Below, one piece after another: positions 1 to 15,000 of a stretch of 64,000 nt of DNA; position 1 is the stretch's first letter; the number at the start of each line of letters is the position of its first letter. Below the pieces are notes generated by a model. The model saw only the letters and a program-made list of their open reading frames with translations, searched no databases and was not told the origin of the DNA. A program made the position numbers and the translations under genes. Origin of the DNA: Mayamaea pseudoterrestris (taxonomy: Eukaryota); assembly GCA_027923505.1 (NCBI GenBank), contig BROI01000008.1, positions 124,001 to 188,000 on the forward strand, read 5' to 3'.

Positions 1-3000
1 CGGTAATGACATTGGTGACAACTTGTCACCAGTCTCAGCCTTCAGATGCCGTGACATTCAAACGCCTTTACAGCAGGCCATGAATATACCCAAATGACAC
101 CAGAATGGTGCCAACATCATTATTCAGGCTGCGCTACAAGCTGGTATGCCTGGCTAGTGTCTAAGGGGACGGCAATGATATTGGTGACAACTTGTCACCA
201 GTCTCAGCCTGCAGATGCCGTGACATTCAAACGCCCCTACAGCAGGCCATGTATACACCCAAATGACACCAGAATTGTGCCAACATCATTATCCAGGCTG
301 CGCTACAAGATGGTATGCCTGGCTAGTGTCTCAGGGGACGGCAATGATATTGGTGACAACTTGTCACCAGTCTCAGCCTGCAGATGCCGTGACATTCAAA
401 CGCCCCTACAGCAGGCCATGTGTATACCCAAATGTCACCAGAAAATTGCCAACATCATTATTCAGGCTGCGCTACAAGATGGTATGCCTGGCTAGTGTCT
501 CAGGGGACGGCAATGATATTGGTGACAACTTGTCACCAGTCTCAGCCTGCAGATGCCGTGACATTCAAACGCCCCTACAGCAGGCCATGTGTATACCCAA
601 ATGACACCAGAATGGTGCCAACATCATTATTCAGGCTGCGCTACAAGATGGTATGCCTGGCTAGTGTCTCAGGGGACGGCAATGATATTGGTGACAACTT
701 GTCACCAGTCTCAGCCTGCAGATGCCGTGACATTCAAACGCCCCTACAGCAGGCCATGTATACACCCAAATGACACCAGAATGGTGCCAACATCATTATC
801 CAGGCTGCGCTACAAGATGGTATGCCTGGCTAGTGTCTCAGGGGACGGCAATGATATTGGTGACAACTTGTCACCAGTCTCAGCCTGCAGATGCCGTGAC
901 ATTCAAACGCCCCTACAGCAGGCCATGTATACACCCAAATGACACCAGAATGGTGCCAACATCATTATTCAGGCTGCGCTACAAGATGGTATGCCTGGCT
1001 AGTGTCTCAGGGGACGGCAATGATATTGGTGACAACTTGTCACCAGTCTCAGCCTGCAGATGCCGTGACATTCAAACGCCCCTACAGCAGGCCATGTATA
1101 CACCCAAATGACACCAGAATGGTGCCAACATCATTATTCAGGCTGCGCTACAAGATGGTATGCCTGGCTAGTGTCTCAGGGGACGGCAATGATATTGGTG
1201 ACAACTTGTCACCAGTCTCAGCCTGCAGATGCCGTGACATTCAAACGCCCCTACAGCAGGCCATGTATACACCCAAATGACACCAGAATGGTGCCAACAT
1301 CATTATTCAGGCTGCGCTACAAGATGGTATGCCTGGCTAGTGTCTCAGGGGACGGCAATGATATTGGTGACAACTTGTCACCAGTCTCAGCCTGCAGATG
1401 CCGTGACATTCAAACGCCCCTACAGCAGGCCATGTATACACCCAAATGACACCAGAATGGTGCCAACATCATTATTCAGGCTGCGCAACAAGATGGTATG
1501 CCTGGCTAGTGTCTCAGGGGACGGCAATGATATTGGTGACAACTTGTCACCAGTCTCAGCCTGCAGATGCCGTGACATTCAAACGCCCCTACAGCAGGCC
1601 ATGTATACCCAAATGACACCAGAATGGTGCCAACATCATTATTCAGGCTGCGCTACAAGATGGTATGCCTGGCTAGTGTCTCAGGGGACGGCAATGATAT
1701 TGGTGACAACTTGTCACCAGTCTCAGCCTGCAGATGCCGTGACATTCAAATGCCCCTACAGCAGGCCATGTATACACCCAAATGACACCAGAATGGTGCC
1801 AACATCATTATTCAGGCTGCGCTACAAGATGGTATGCCTGGCTAGTGTCTCAGGGGACGGCAATGATATTGGTGACAACTTGTCACCAGTCTCAGCCTGC
1901 AGATGCCGTGACATTCAAACGCCCCTACAGCAGGCCATGTATACACCCAAATGACACCAGAATGGTGCCAACATCATTATTCAGGCTGCGCTACAAGATG
2001 GTATGCCTGGCTAGTGTCTCAGGGGACGGCAATGATATTGGTGACAACTTGTCACCAGTCTCAGCCTGCAGATGCCGTGACATTCAAACGCCCCTACAGC
2101 AGGCCATGTATACACCCAAATGACACCAGAATGGTGCCAACATCATTATTCAGGCTGCGCTACAAGATGGTATGCCTGGCTAGTGTCTCAGGGGACGGTC
2201 ATGATATTGGTGACAACTTGTCACCAGTCTCAGCCTGCAGATGCCGTGACATTCAAACGCCCCTACAGCAGGCCATGTATACACCCAAATGACACCAGAA
2301 TGGTGCCAACATCATTATTCAGGCTGCGCTACAAGATGGTATGCCTGGCTAGTGTCTCAGGGGATGGCAATGATATTGGTGACAACTTGTCACCAGTCTC
2401 AGCCTGCAGATGCCGTGACATTCAAACGCCCCTACAGCAGGCCATGTATACACCCAAATGACACCAGAATGGTGCCAACATCATTATTCAGGCTGCGCAA
2501 CAAGATGGTATGCCTGGCTAGTGTCTCAGGGGACGGCAATGATATTGGTGACAACTTGTCACCAGTCTCAGCCTGCAGATGCCGTGACATTCAAACGCCC
2601 CTACAGCAGGCCATGTATACACCCAAATGACACCAGAATGGTGCCAACATCATTATTCAGGCTGCGCTACAAGATGGTATGCCTGGCTAGTGTCTCAGGG
2701 GACGGCAATGATATTGGTGACAACTTGTCACCAGTCTCAGCCCGCAGATGCCGTGACATTCAAACGCCCCTACAGCAGGCCATGTATACACCCAAATGAC
2801 ACCAGAATGGTGCCAACATCATTATTCAGGCTGCGCTACAAGATGGTATGCCTGGCTAGTGTCTCAGGGGACGGCAATGATATTGGTGACAACTTGTCAC
2901 CAGTCTCAGCCTGCAGATGCCGTGACATTCAAACGCCCCTACAGCAGGCCATGTATACACCCAAATGACACCAGAATGGTGCCAACATCATTATTCAGGC

Positions 3001-6000
3001 TGCGCTACAAGATGGTATGCCTGGCTAGTGTCTCAGGGGACGGCAATGATATTGGTGACAACTTGTCACCAGTCTCAGCCTGCAGATGCCGTGACATTCA
3101 AACGCCCCTACAGCAGGCCATGTATACACCCAAATGACACCAGAATGGTGCCAACATCATTATTCAGGCTGCGCAACAAGATGGTATGCCTGGCTAGTGT
3201 CTCAGGGGACGGCAATGATATTGGTGACAACTTGTCACCAGTCTCAGCCTGCAGATGCCGTGACATTCAAACGCCCCTTCAGCAGGCCATGTATACTCCA
3301 AATGACACCAGAATGGTGCCAACGTCATTATTCAGGCTGCGCTACAAGATGGTATGCCTGGCTAGTGTCTCAGGGGACGGCAATGATATTGGTGACAACT
3401 TGTCACCAGTCTCAGCCTGCAGATGCCGTGACATTCAAACGCCCCTACAGCAGGCCATGTATTCACCCAAATGACACCAGAATGGTGCCAACATCATTAT
3501 TCAGGCTGCGCTACAAGATGGTATGCCTGGCTAGTGTCTCAGGGGACGGCAATGATATTGGTGACAACTTGTCACCAGTCTCAGCCTGCAGATGCCGTGA
3601 CATTCAAACGCCCCTACAGCAGGCCATGTATACACCCAAATGACACCAGAATGGTGCCAACATCATTATTCAGGCTGCGCTACAAGATGGTATGCCTGGC
3701 TAGTGTCTCAGGGGACGGCAATGATATTGGTGACAACTTGTCACCAGTCTCAGCCCGCAGATGCCGTGACATTCAAACGCCCCTACAGCAGGCCATGTAT
3801 ACACCCAAATGACACCAGAATGGTGCCAACATCATTATTCAGGCTGCGCTACAAGATGGTATGCCTGGCTAGTGTCTCAGGGGACGGCAATGATATTGGT
3901 GACAACTTGTCACCAGTCTCAGCCTGCAGATGCCGTGACATTCAAACGCCCCTACAGCAAGACGTGTAGATGCCCAAATGACACCAGAATGGTGCCAACA
4001 TCATTATTCAGGCTGCGCTACAAGATGGTATGCCTGGCTAGTGTCTCAGGGGACGGCAATGATATTGGTGACAACTTGTCACCAGTCTCAGCCTGCAGAT
4101 GCCGTGACATTCAAATGCCCCTACAGCAGGCCATGTATACACCCAAATGACACCAGAATGGTGCCAACATCATTATTCAGGCTGCGCTACAAGATGGTAT
4201 GCCTGGCTAGTGTCTCAGGGGACGGCAATGATATTGGTGACAACTTGTCACCAGTCTCAGCCTGCAGATGCCGTGACATTCAAACGCCCCTACAGCAGGC
4301 CATGTATACACCCAAATGACACCAGAATGGTGCCAACATCATTATTCAGGCTGCGCAACAAGATGGTATGCCTGGCTAGTGTCTCAGGGGACGGCAATGA
4401 TATTGGTGACAACTTGTCACCAGTCTCAGCCTGCAGATGCCGTGACATTCAAACGCCCCTACAGCAGGCCATGTATACCCCCAAATGACACCAGAATGGT
4501 GCCAACATCATTATTCAGGCTGCGCAACAAGATGGTATGCCTGGCTAGTGTCTCAGGGGACGGCAATGATATTGGTGACAACTTGTCACCAGTCTCAGCC
4601 TGCAGATGCCGTGACATTCAAACGCCCCTACAGCAGGCCCTGTATACACCAAAATGACACCAGAATGGTGCCAACATCATTATTCAGGCTGCGCTACAAG
4701 ATGGTATGCCTGGCTAGTGTCTCAGGGGACGGCAATGATATTGGTGACAACTTGTCACCAGTCTCAGCCTGCAGATGCCGTGACATTCAAACGCCCCTAC
4801 AGCAGGCCATGTATACACCCAAATGACACCAGAATGGTGCCAACATCATTATTCAGGCTGCGCTACAAGATGGTATGCCTGGCTAGTGTCTCAGGGGACG
4901 GCAATGATATTGGTGACAACTTGTCACCAGTCTCAGCCTGCAGATGCCGTGACATTCAAACGCCCCTACAGCAGGCCATGTATACACCCAAATGACACCA
5001 GAATGGTGCCAACATCATTATTCAGGCTGCGCTACAAGATGGTATGCCTGGCTAGTGTCTCAGGGGACGGCAATGATATTGGTGACAACTTGTCACCAGT
5101 CTCAGCCTGCAGATGCCGTGACATTCAAACGCCCCTACAGCAGGCCATGTATACACCCAAATGACACCAGAATGGTGCCAACATCATTATTCAGGCTGCG
5201 CTACAAGATGGTATGCCTGGCTAGTGTCTCAGGGGACGGCAATGATATTGGTGACAACTTGTCACCAGTCTCAGCCTGCAGATGCCGTGACATTCAAACG
5301 CCCCTACAGCAGGCCATGTAGTACACCAAAATGACACCAGAATGGTGCCAACATCATTATTCAGGCTGCGCTACAAGATGGTATGCCTGGCTAGTGTCTC
5401 AGGGGACGGCAATGATATTGGTGACAACTTGTCACCAGTCTCAGCCTGCAGATGCCGTGACATTCAAACGCCCCTACAGCAGGCCATGTATACACCCAAA
5501 TGACACCAGAATGGTGCCAACATCATTATTCAGGCTGCGCTACAAGATGGTATGCCTGGCTAGTGTCTCAGGGGACGGCAATGATATTGGTGACAACTTG
5601 TCACCAGTCTCAGCCTGCAGATGCCGTGACATTCAAACGCCCCTACAGCAGGCCATGTATACACCCAAATGACACCAGAATGGTGCCAACATCATTATTC
5701 AGGCTGCGCTACAAGATGGTATGCCTGGCTAGTGTCTCAGGGGACGGCAATGATATTGGTGACAACTTGTCACCAGTCTCAGCCTGCAGATGCCGTGACA
5801 TTCAAACGCCCCTACAGCAGGCCATGTATACACCAAAATGACACCAGAATGGTGCCAACATCATTATTCAGGCTGCGCTACAAGATGGTATGCCTGGCTA
5901 GTGTCTCAGGGGACGGCAATGATATTGGTGACAACTTGTCACCAGTCTCAGCCTGCAGATGCCGTGACATTCAAACGCCCCTACAGCAGGCCATGTATAC

Positions 6001-9000
6001 ACCCAAAATACACCAGAATGGTGCCAACATCATTATTCAGGCTGCGCAACAAGATGGTATGCCTGGCTAGTGTCTCAGGGGACGGCAATGATATTGGTGA
6101 CAACTTGTCACCAGTCTCAGCCTGCAGATGCCGTGACATTCAAACGCCCCTACAGCAGGCCATGTATACACCCAAATGACACCAGAATGGTGCCAACATC
6201 ATTATTCAGGCTGCGCTACAAGATGGTATGCCTGGCTAGTGTCTCAAGGGACAGCAATGATATTGGTGACAACTTGTCACCAGTCTCATCAGGCTGCAGA
6301 TGCCGTGACACTCAAACGCCCCTACAGCAGGCCATGTATACACTTAAATGACACCAGAATGGTGCCAACATCATTATTCAGGCTGCGCTACAAGATGGTA
6401 TGCCTGGCTAGTGTCTCAGGGGACGGCAATGATATTGGTGACAACTTGTCACCAGTCTCAGCCTGCAGATGCCGTGACATTCAAACGCCCCTACAGCAGG
6501 CCATGTATACACCCAAATGACACCAGAATGGTGCCAACATCATTATTCAGGCTGCGCAACAAGATGGTATGCCTGGCTAGTGTCTCAGGGGACGGCAATG
6601 ATATTGGTGACAACTTGTCACCAGTCTCAGCCTGCAGATGCCGTGACATTCAAACGCCCCTACAGCAGGCCCTGTATACACCCAAATGACACCAGAATGG
6701 TGCCAACATCATTATTCAGGCTGCGCTACAAGATGGTATGCCTGGCTAGTGTCTCAGGGGATGGCAATGATATTGGTGACAACTTGTCACCAGTCTCAGC
6801 CCGCAGATGCCGTGACATTCAAACGCCCCTACAGCAGGCCATGTATACACCCAAATGACACCAGAATGGTGCCAACATCATTATTCAGGCTGCGCAACAA
6901 GATGGTATGCCTGGCTAGTGTCTCAGGGGACGGCAATGATATTGGTGACAACTTGTCACCAGTCTCAGCCTGCAGATGCCGTGACATTCAAACGCCCCTA
7001 CAGCAGGCCATGTATACACCCAAATGACACCAGAATGGTGCCAACATCATTATTCAGGCTGCGCAACAAGATGGTATGCCTGGCTAGTGTCTCAGGGGAC
7101 GGCAATGATATTGGTGACAACTTGTCACCAGTCTCAGCCCGCGGATGCTGTGACATTCAAACGCCCCTACAGCAGGCCATGAATATACCCAAATGACACC
7201 AGATTGGTGCCAACATCATTATTCAGGCTGCGCTACAAGATGGTATGCCTGGCTAGTGTCTCAGGGGACGGCAATGATATTGGTGACAACTTGTCACCAG
7301 TCTCAGCCTGCGGATGCCGTGACATTCAAACGCCCCTACAGCAGGCCATGTATACACCCAAATGACACCAGAATGGTGCCAACATCATTATTCAGGCTGC
7401 GCTACAAGATGGTATGCCTGGCTAGTGTCTCAGGGGACGGCAATGATATTGGTGACAACTTGTCACCAGTCTCAGCCTGCAGATGCCGTGACATTCAAAC
7501 GCCCCTACAGCAGGCATCTTATACACCCAAATGACACCAGAATGGTGCCAACATCATTATTCAGGCTGCGCTACAAGATGGTATGCCTGGCTAGTGTCTC
7601 AGGGGACGGCAATGATATTGGTGACAACTTGTCACCAGTCTCAGCCTGCAGATGCCGTGACATTCAAACGCCCCTACAGCAGGCCCTGTAGGTACACCAA
7701 AATGACACCAGAATGTTGCCAACATCATTATTCAGGCTGCGCTACAAGATGGTATGCCTGGCTAGTGTCTCAGGGGACGGCAATGATATTGGTGACAACT
7801 TGTCACCAGTCTCAGCCTGCAGATGCCGTGACATTCAAACGCCCCTACAGCAGGCCATGTATACACCCAAATGACACCAGAATGGTGCCAACATCATTAT
7901 TCAGGCTGCGCAACAAGATGGTATGCCTGGCTAGTGTCTCAGGGGACGGCAATGATATTGGTGACAACTTGTCACCAGTCTCAGCCTGCAGATGCCGTGA
8001 CATTCAAACGCCCCTACAGCAGGCCATGTATACACCCAAATGACACCAGAATGGTGCCAACATCATTATTCAGGCTGCGCTACAAGATGGTATGCCTGGC
8101 TAGTGTCTCAGGGGACGGCAATGATATTGGTGACAACTTGTCACCAGTCTCAGCCTGCAGATGCCGTGACATTCAAACGCCCCTACAGCAGGCCCTGTAT
8201 GCACCCAAATGACACCAGAATGGTGCCAACATCATTATTCAGGCTGCGCAACAAGATGGTATGCCTGGCTAGTGTCTCAGGGGATGGCAATGATATTGGT
8301 GACAACTTGTCACCAGTCTCAGCCTGCAGATGCCGTGACATTCAAACGCCCCTACAGCAGGCCATGTATACACCCAAATGACACCAGAATGGTGCCAACA
8401 TCATTATTCAGGCTGCGCTACAAGATGGTATGCCTGGCTAGTGTCTCAGGGGACGGCAATGATATTGGTGACAACTTGTCACCAGTCTCAGCCTGCAGAT
8501 GCCGTGACATTCAAACGCCCCTACAGCAGGCCATGTATACACCCAAATGACACCAGAATGGTGCCAACATCATTATTCAGGCTGCGCAACAAGATGGTAT
8601 GCCTGGCTAGTGTCTCAGGGGACGGCAATGATATTGGTGACAACTTGTCACCAGTCTCAGCCCGCAGATGCCGTGACATTCAAACGCCCCTACAGCAGAA
8701 CCAGGGCCATTACTGGTCAATAGCACCACCAAACCCTGACACCAGAGCACATTACCGCAACAAGATGGTATGCCTGGCTAGTGTCTCAGGGGACGGCAAT
8801 GATATTGGTGACAACTTGTCACCAGTCTCAGCCTGCAGATGCCGTGACATTCAAACGCCCCTACAGCAGGCCATGTATACACCCAAATGACACCAGAATG
8901 GTGCCAACATCATTATTCAGGCTGCGCTACAAGATGGTATGCCTGGCTAGTGTCTCAGGGGACGGCAATGATATTGGTGACAACTTGTCACCAGTCTCAG

Positions 9001-12000
9001 CCTGCAGATGCCGTGACATTCAAACGCCCCTACAGCAGGCCATGTATACACCCAAATGACACCAGAATGGTGCCAACATCATTATTCAGGCTGCGCTACA
9101 AGATGGTATGCCTGGCTAGTGTCTCAGGGGACGGCAATGATATTGGTGACAACTTGTCACCAGTCTCAGCCTGCAGATGCCGTGACATTCAAACGCCCCT
9201 ACAGCGAGGCCATGTATACACCCAAATGACACCAGAATGGTGCCAACATCATTATTCAGGCTGCGCAACAAGATGGTATGCCTGGCTAGTGTCTCAGGGG
9301 ACGGCAATGATATTGGTGACAACTTGTCACCAGTCTCAGCCTGCAGATGCCGTGACATTCAAACGCCCCTACAGCAGGCCATGTATACACCCAAATGACA
9401 CCAGAATGGTGCCAACATCATTATTCAGGCTGCGCTACAAGATGGTATGCCTGGCTAGTGTCTCAGGGGACGGCAATGATATTGGTGACAACTTGTCACC
9501 AGTCTCAGCCTGCAGATGCCGTGACATTCAAACGCCCCTACAGCAGGCCATGTATACACCCAAATGACACCAGAATGGTGCCAACATCATTATTCAGGCT
9601 GCGCTACAAGATGATATGCCTGGCTCGTGTCTCAGGGGACGGCAATGATATTGGTGACAACTTGTCACCAGTCTCAGCCTGCAGATGCCGTGACATTCAA
9701 ACGCCCCTACAGCAGGCCCTGTAGGTGCCCAAAATACACCAGAATGGTGCCAACATCATTATTCAGGCTGCGCTACAAGATGGTATGCCTGGCTAGTGTC
9801 TCAGGGGACGGCAATGATATTGGTGACAACTTGTCACCAGTCTCAGCCTGCAGATGCCGTGACATTCAAACGCCCCTACAGCACGCCATGTACACACCCA
9901 AATGACACCAGAATGGTGCCAACATCATTATTCAGGCTGCGCTACAAGATGGTATGCCTGGCTAGTGTCTCAGGGGACGGCAATGATATTGGTGACAACT
10001 TGTCACCAGTCTCAGCCTGCAGATGCCGTGACATTCAAACGCCCCTACAGCAGGCCATGTATATACCCAAATGACACCAGAATGGTGCCAACATCATTAT
10101 TCAGGCTGCGCTACAAGATGGTATGCCTGGCTAGTGTCTCAGGGGACGGCAATGATATTGGTGACAACTTGTCACCAGTCTCAGCCCGCAGATGCCGTGA
10201 CATTCAAACGCCCCTACAGCAGGCCCATGTAAGCCCAAAATGACACCAGAATGGTGCCAACATCATTATTCAGGCTGCGCTACAAGATGGTATGCCTGGC
10301 TAGTGTCTCAGGGGACGGCAATGATATTGGTGACAACTTGTCACCAGTCTCAGCCGCAGATGCCGTGACATTCAAACGCCCCTACAGCAGGCCATGTACC
10401 CAAATAACCAAGGTGCCAACCATATCATTATTCAGGCTGCGCAACAAGATGGTATGCCTGGCTAGTGTCTCAGGGGACGGCAATGATATTGGTGACAACT
10501 TGTCACCAGTCTCAGCCTGCAGATGCCGTGACATTCAAACGCCCCTACAGCAGGCCCTGTATATGCCCAAATGACACCAGAATGGTGCCAACATCATTAT
10601 TCAGGCTGCGCTACAAGATGGTATGCCTGGCTAGTGTCTCAGGGGACGGCAATGATATTGGTGACAACTTGTCACCAGTCTCAGCCTGCAGATGCCGTGA
10701 CATTCAAACGCCCCTACAGCAAGCCCTGTAGGTGCCCAAATGATACCAGAATGGTGCCAACATCATTATTCAGGCTGCGCTACAAGATGGTATGCCTGGC
10801 TAGTGTCTCAGGGGACGGTAATGATATTGGTGACAACTTGTCACCAGTCTCAGCCTGCAGATGCCGTGACATTCAAATGCCCCTACAGCAGGCCATGTAT
10901 ACACCCAAATGACACCAGAATGGTGCCAACATCATTATTCAGGCTGCGCTACAAGATGGTATGCCTGGCTAGTGTCTCAGGGGATGGCAATGATATTGGT
11001 GACAACTTGTCACCAGTCTCAGCCCGCAGATGCCGTGACATTCAAACGCCCCTACAGCAGGCCATGTATACACCCAAATGACACCAGAATGGTGCCAACA
11101 TCATTATTCAGGCTGCGCTACAAGATGGTATGCCTGGCTAGTGTCTCAGGGGACGGCAATGATATTGGTGACAACTTGTCACCAGTCTCAGCCTGCAGAT
11201 GCCGTGACATTCAAATGCCCCTACAGCAGGCCATGTATACACCCAAATGACACCAGAATGGTGCCAACATCATTATTCAGGCTGCGCTACAAGATGGTAT
11301 GCCTGGCTAGTGTCTCAGGGGACGGCAATGATATTGGTGACAACTTGTCACCAGTCTCAGCCTGCAGATGCCGTGACATTCAAACGCCCCTACAGCAGGC
11401 CATGTGTATACCCAAATGACACCAGAATGGTGCCAACATCATTATTCAGGCTGCGCTACAAGATGGTATGCCTGGCTAGTGTCTCAGGGGACGGCAATGA
11501 TATTGGTGACAACTTGTCACCAGTCTCAGCCCGCAGATGCCGTGACATTCAAACGCCCCTACAGCAGGCCATGTATACACCCAAATGACACCAGAATGGT
11601 GCCAACATCATTATTCAGGCTGCGCTACAAGATGGTATGCCTGGCACGCTACAAGATGGTATGCCTGGCTAGTGTCTCAGGGGACGGCAATGATATTGGT
11701 GACAACTTGTCACCAGTCTCAGCCTGCAGATGCCGTGACATTCAAACGCCCCTACAGCAGGCCATGTATACACCCAAATGACACCAGAATGGTGCCAACA
11801 TCATTATTCAGGCTGCGCAACAAGATGGTATGCCTGGCTAGTGTCTCAGGGGACGGCAATGATATTGGTGACAACTTGTCACCAGTCTCAGCCTGCAGAT
11901 GCCGTGACATTCAAACGCCCCTACAGCAGGCCATGTATACACCCAAATGACACCAGAATGGTGCCAACATCATTATTCAGGCTGCGCAACAAGATGGTAT

Positions 12001-15000
12001 GCCTGGCTAGTGTCTCAGGGGACGGCAATGATATTGGTGACAACTTGTCACCAGTCTCAGCCTGCAGATGCCGTGACATTCAAACGCCCCTACAGCAGGC
12101 CATGTATACACCCAAATGACACCAGAATGGTGCCAACATCATTATTCAGGCTGCGCTACAAGATGGTATGCCTGGCTAGTGTCTCAGGGGACGGCAATGA
12201 TATTGGTGACAACTTGTCACCAGTCTCAGCCTGCAGATGCCGTGACATTCAAACGCCCCTACAGCAGGCCATGTATACACCCAAATGACACCAGAATGGT
12301 GCCAACATCATTATTCAGGCTGCGCTACAAGATGGTATGCCTGGCTAGTGTCTCAGGGGACGGCAATGATATTGGTGACAACTTGTCACCAGTCTCAGCC
12401 TGCAGATGCCGTGACATTCAAACGCCCCTACAGCAGGCCATGTATACACCCAAATGACACCAGAATGGTGCCAACATCATTATTCAGGCTGCGCAACAAG
12501 ATGGTATGCCTGGCTAGTGTCTCAGGGGACGGCAATGATATTGGTGACAACTTGTCACCAGTCTCAGCCTGCAGATGCCGTGACATTCAAACGCCCCTAC
12601 AGCAGGCCATGTATACAACCAAATAACACCAGAATGGTGCCAACATCATTATTCAGGCTGCGCTACAAGATGGTATGCCTGGCTAGTGTCTCAGGGGACG
12701 GCAATGATATTGGTGACAACTTGTCACCAGTCTCAGCCTGCAGATGCCGTGACATTCAAACGCCCCTACAGCAGGCCATGTATACACCCAAATGACACCA
12801 GAATGGTGCCAACATCATTATTCAGGCTGCGCTACAAGATGGTATGCCTGGCTAGTGTCTCAGGGGACGGCAATGATATTGGTGACAACTTGTCACCAGT
12901 CTCAGCCTGCAGATGCCGTGACATTCAAACGCCCCTACAGCAGGCCATGTATACACCCAAATGACACCAGAATGGTGCCAACATCATTATTCAGGCTGCG
13001 CAACAAGATGGTATGCCTGGCTAGTGTCTCAGGGGACGGCAATGATATTGGTGACAACTTGTCACCAGTCTCAGCCTGCAGATGCCGTGACATTCAAACG
13101 CCCCTACAGCAGGCCATGTAGGTGCCCAAAATACACCAGAATGGTGCCAACATCATTATTCAGGCTGCGCTACAAGATGGTATGCCTGGCTAGTGTCTCA
13201 GGGGACGGCAATGATATTGGTGACAACTTGTCACCAGTCTCAGCCTGCAGATGCCGTGACATTCAAACGCCCCTACAGCAGGCCATGTATACAACCAAAT
13301 AACACCAGAATGGTGCCAACATCATTATTCAGGCTGAGCTACAAGATGGTATGCCTGGCTAGTGTCTCAGGGGACGGCAATGATATTGGTGACAACTTGT
13401 CACCAGTCTCAGCCTGCAGATGCCGTGACATTCAAATGCCCCTACAGCAGGCCATGTATACACCAAATGACACCAGAATGGTGCCAACATCATTATTCAG
13501 GCTGCGCTACAAGATGGTATGCCTGGCTAGTGTCTCAGGGGACGGCAATGATATTGGTGACAACTTGTCACCAGTCTCAGCCCGCAGATGCCGTGACATT
13601 CAAATGCCCCTACAGCAGGCCATGTATACACCCAAATGACACCAGAATGGTGCCAACATCATTATTCAGGCTGCGCTACAAGATGGTATGCCTGGCTAGT
13701 GTCTCAGGGGACGGCAATGATATTGGTGACAACTTGTCACCAGTCTCAGCCTGCAGATGCCGTGACATTCAAACGCCCCTACAGCAGGCCATGTATACAC
13801 CCAAATGACACCAGAATGGTGCCAACATCATTATTCAGGCTGCGCTACAAGATGGTATGCCTGGCTAGTGTCTCAGGGGACGGCAATGATATTGGTGACA
13901 ACTTGTCACCAGTCTCAGCCCGCAGATGCCGTGACATTCAAACGCCCCTACAGCAGGCCATGGTACACCCAAATGACACCAGAATGGTGCCAACATCATT
14001 ATTCAGGCTGCGCTACAAGATGGTATGCCTGGCTAGTGTCTCAGGGGACGGCAATGATATTGGTGACAACTTGTCACCAGTCTCAGCCTGCAGATGCCGT
14101 GACATTCAAACGCCCCTACAGCAGGCCATGTATACACCCAAATGACACCAGAATGGTGCCAACATCATTATTCAGGCTGCGCTACAAGATGGTATGCCTG
14201 GCTAGTGTCTCAGGGGACGGCAATGATATTGGTGACAACTTGTCACCAGTCTCAGCCTGCAGATGCCGTGACATTCAAACGCCCCTACAGCAGGCCATGT
14301 ATACACCCAAATGACACCAGAATGGTGCCAACATCATTATTCAGGCTGCGCTACAAGATGGTATGCCTGGCTAGTGTCTCAGGGGACGGCAATGATATTG
14401 GTGACAACTTGTCACCAGTCTCAGCCTGCAGATGCCGTGACATTCAAACGCCCCTACAGCAGGCCATGTATACACCCAAATGACACCAGAATGGTGCCAA
14501 CATCATTATTCAGGCTGCGCTACAAGATGGTATGCCTGGCTAGTGTCTCAGGGGACGGCAATGATATTGGTGACAACTTGTCACCAGTCTCAGCCTGCAG
14601 ATGCCGTGACATTCAAACGCCCCTACAGCAGGCCATGTATACACCCAAATGACACCAGAATGGTGCCAACATCATTATTCAGGCTGCGCTACAAGATGGT
14701 ATGCCTGGCTAGTGTCTCAGGGGACGGCAATGATATTGGTGACAACTTGTCACCAGTCTCAGCCTGCAGATGCCGTGACATTCAAACGCCCCTACAGCAG
14801 GCCATGTATACACCCAAATGACACCAGAATGGTGCCAACATCATTATTCAGGCTGCGCTACAAGATGGTATGCCTGGCTAGTGTCTCAGGGGACGGCAAT
14901 GATATTGGTGACAACTTGTCACCAGTCTCAGCCTGCAGATGCCGTGACATTCAAACGCCCCTACAGCAGGCCATGTATACACCCAAATGACACCAGAATG

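Noticed and set aside
8699..8760. Unique-looking segment in satellite A (similar patches near 10400 and 19680)
   Set aside because: It replaces a similar length of monomer with scrambled repeat-like words and has no TSD. Most likely a consensus error.
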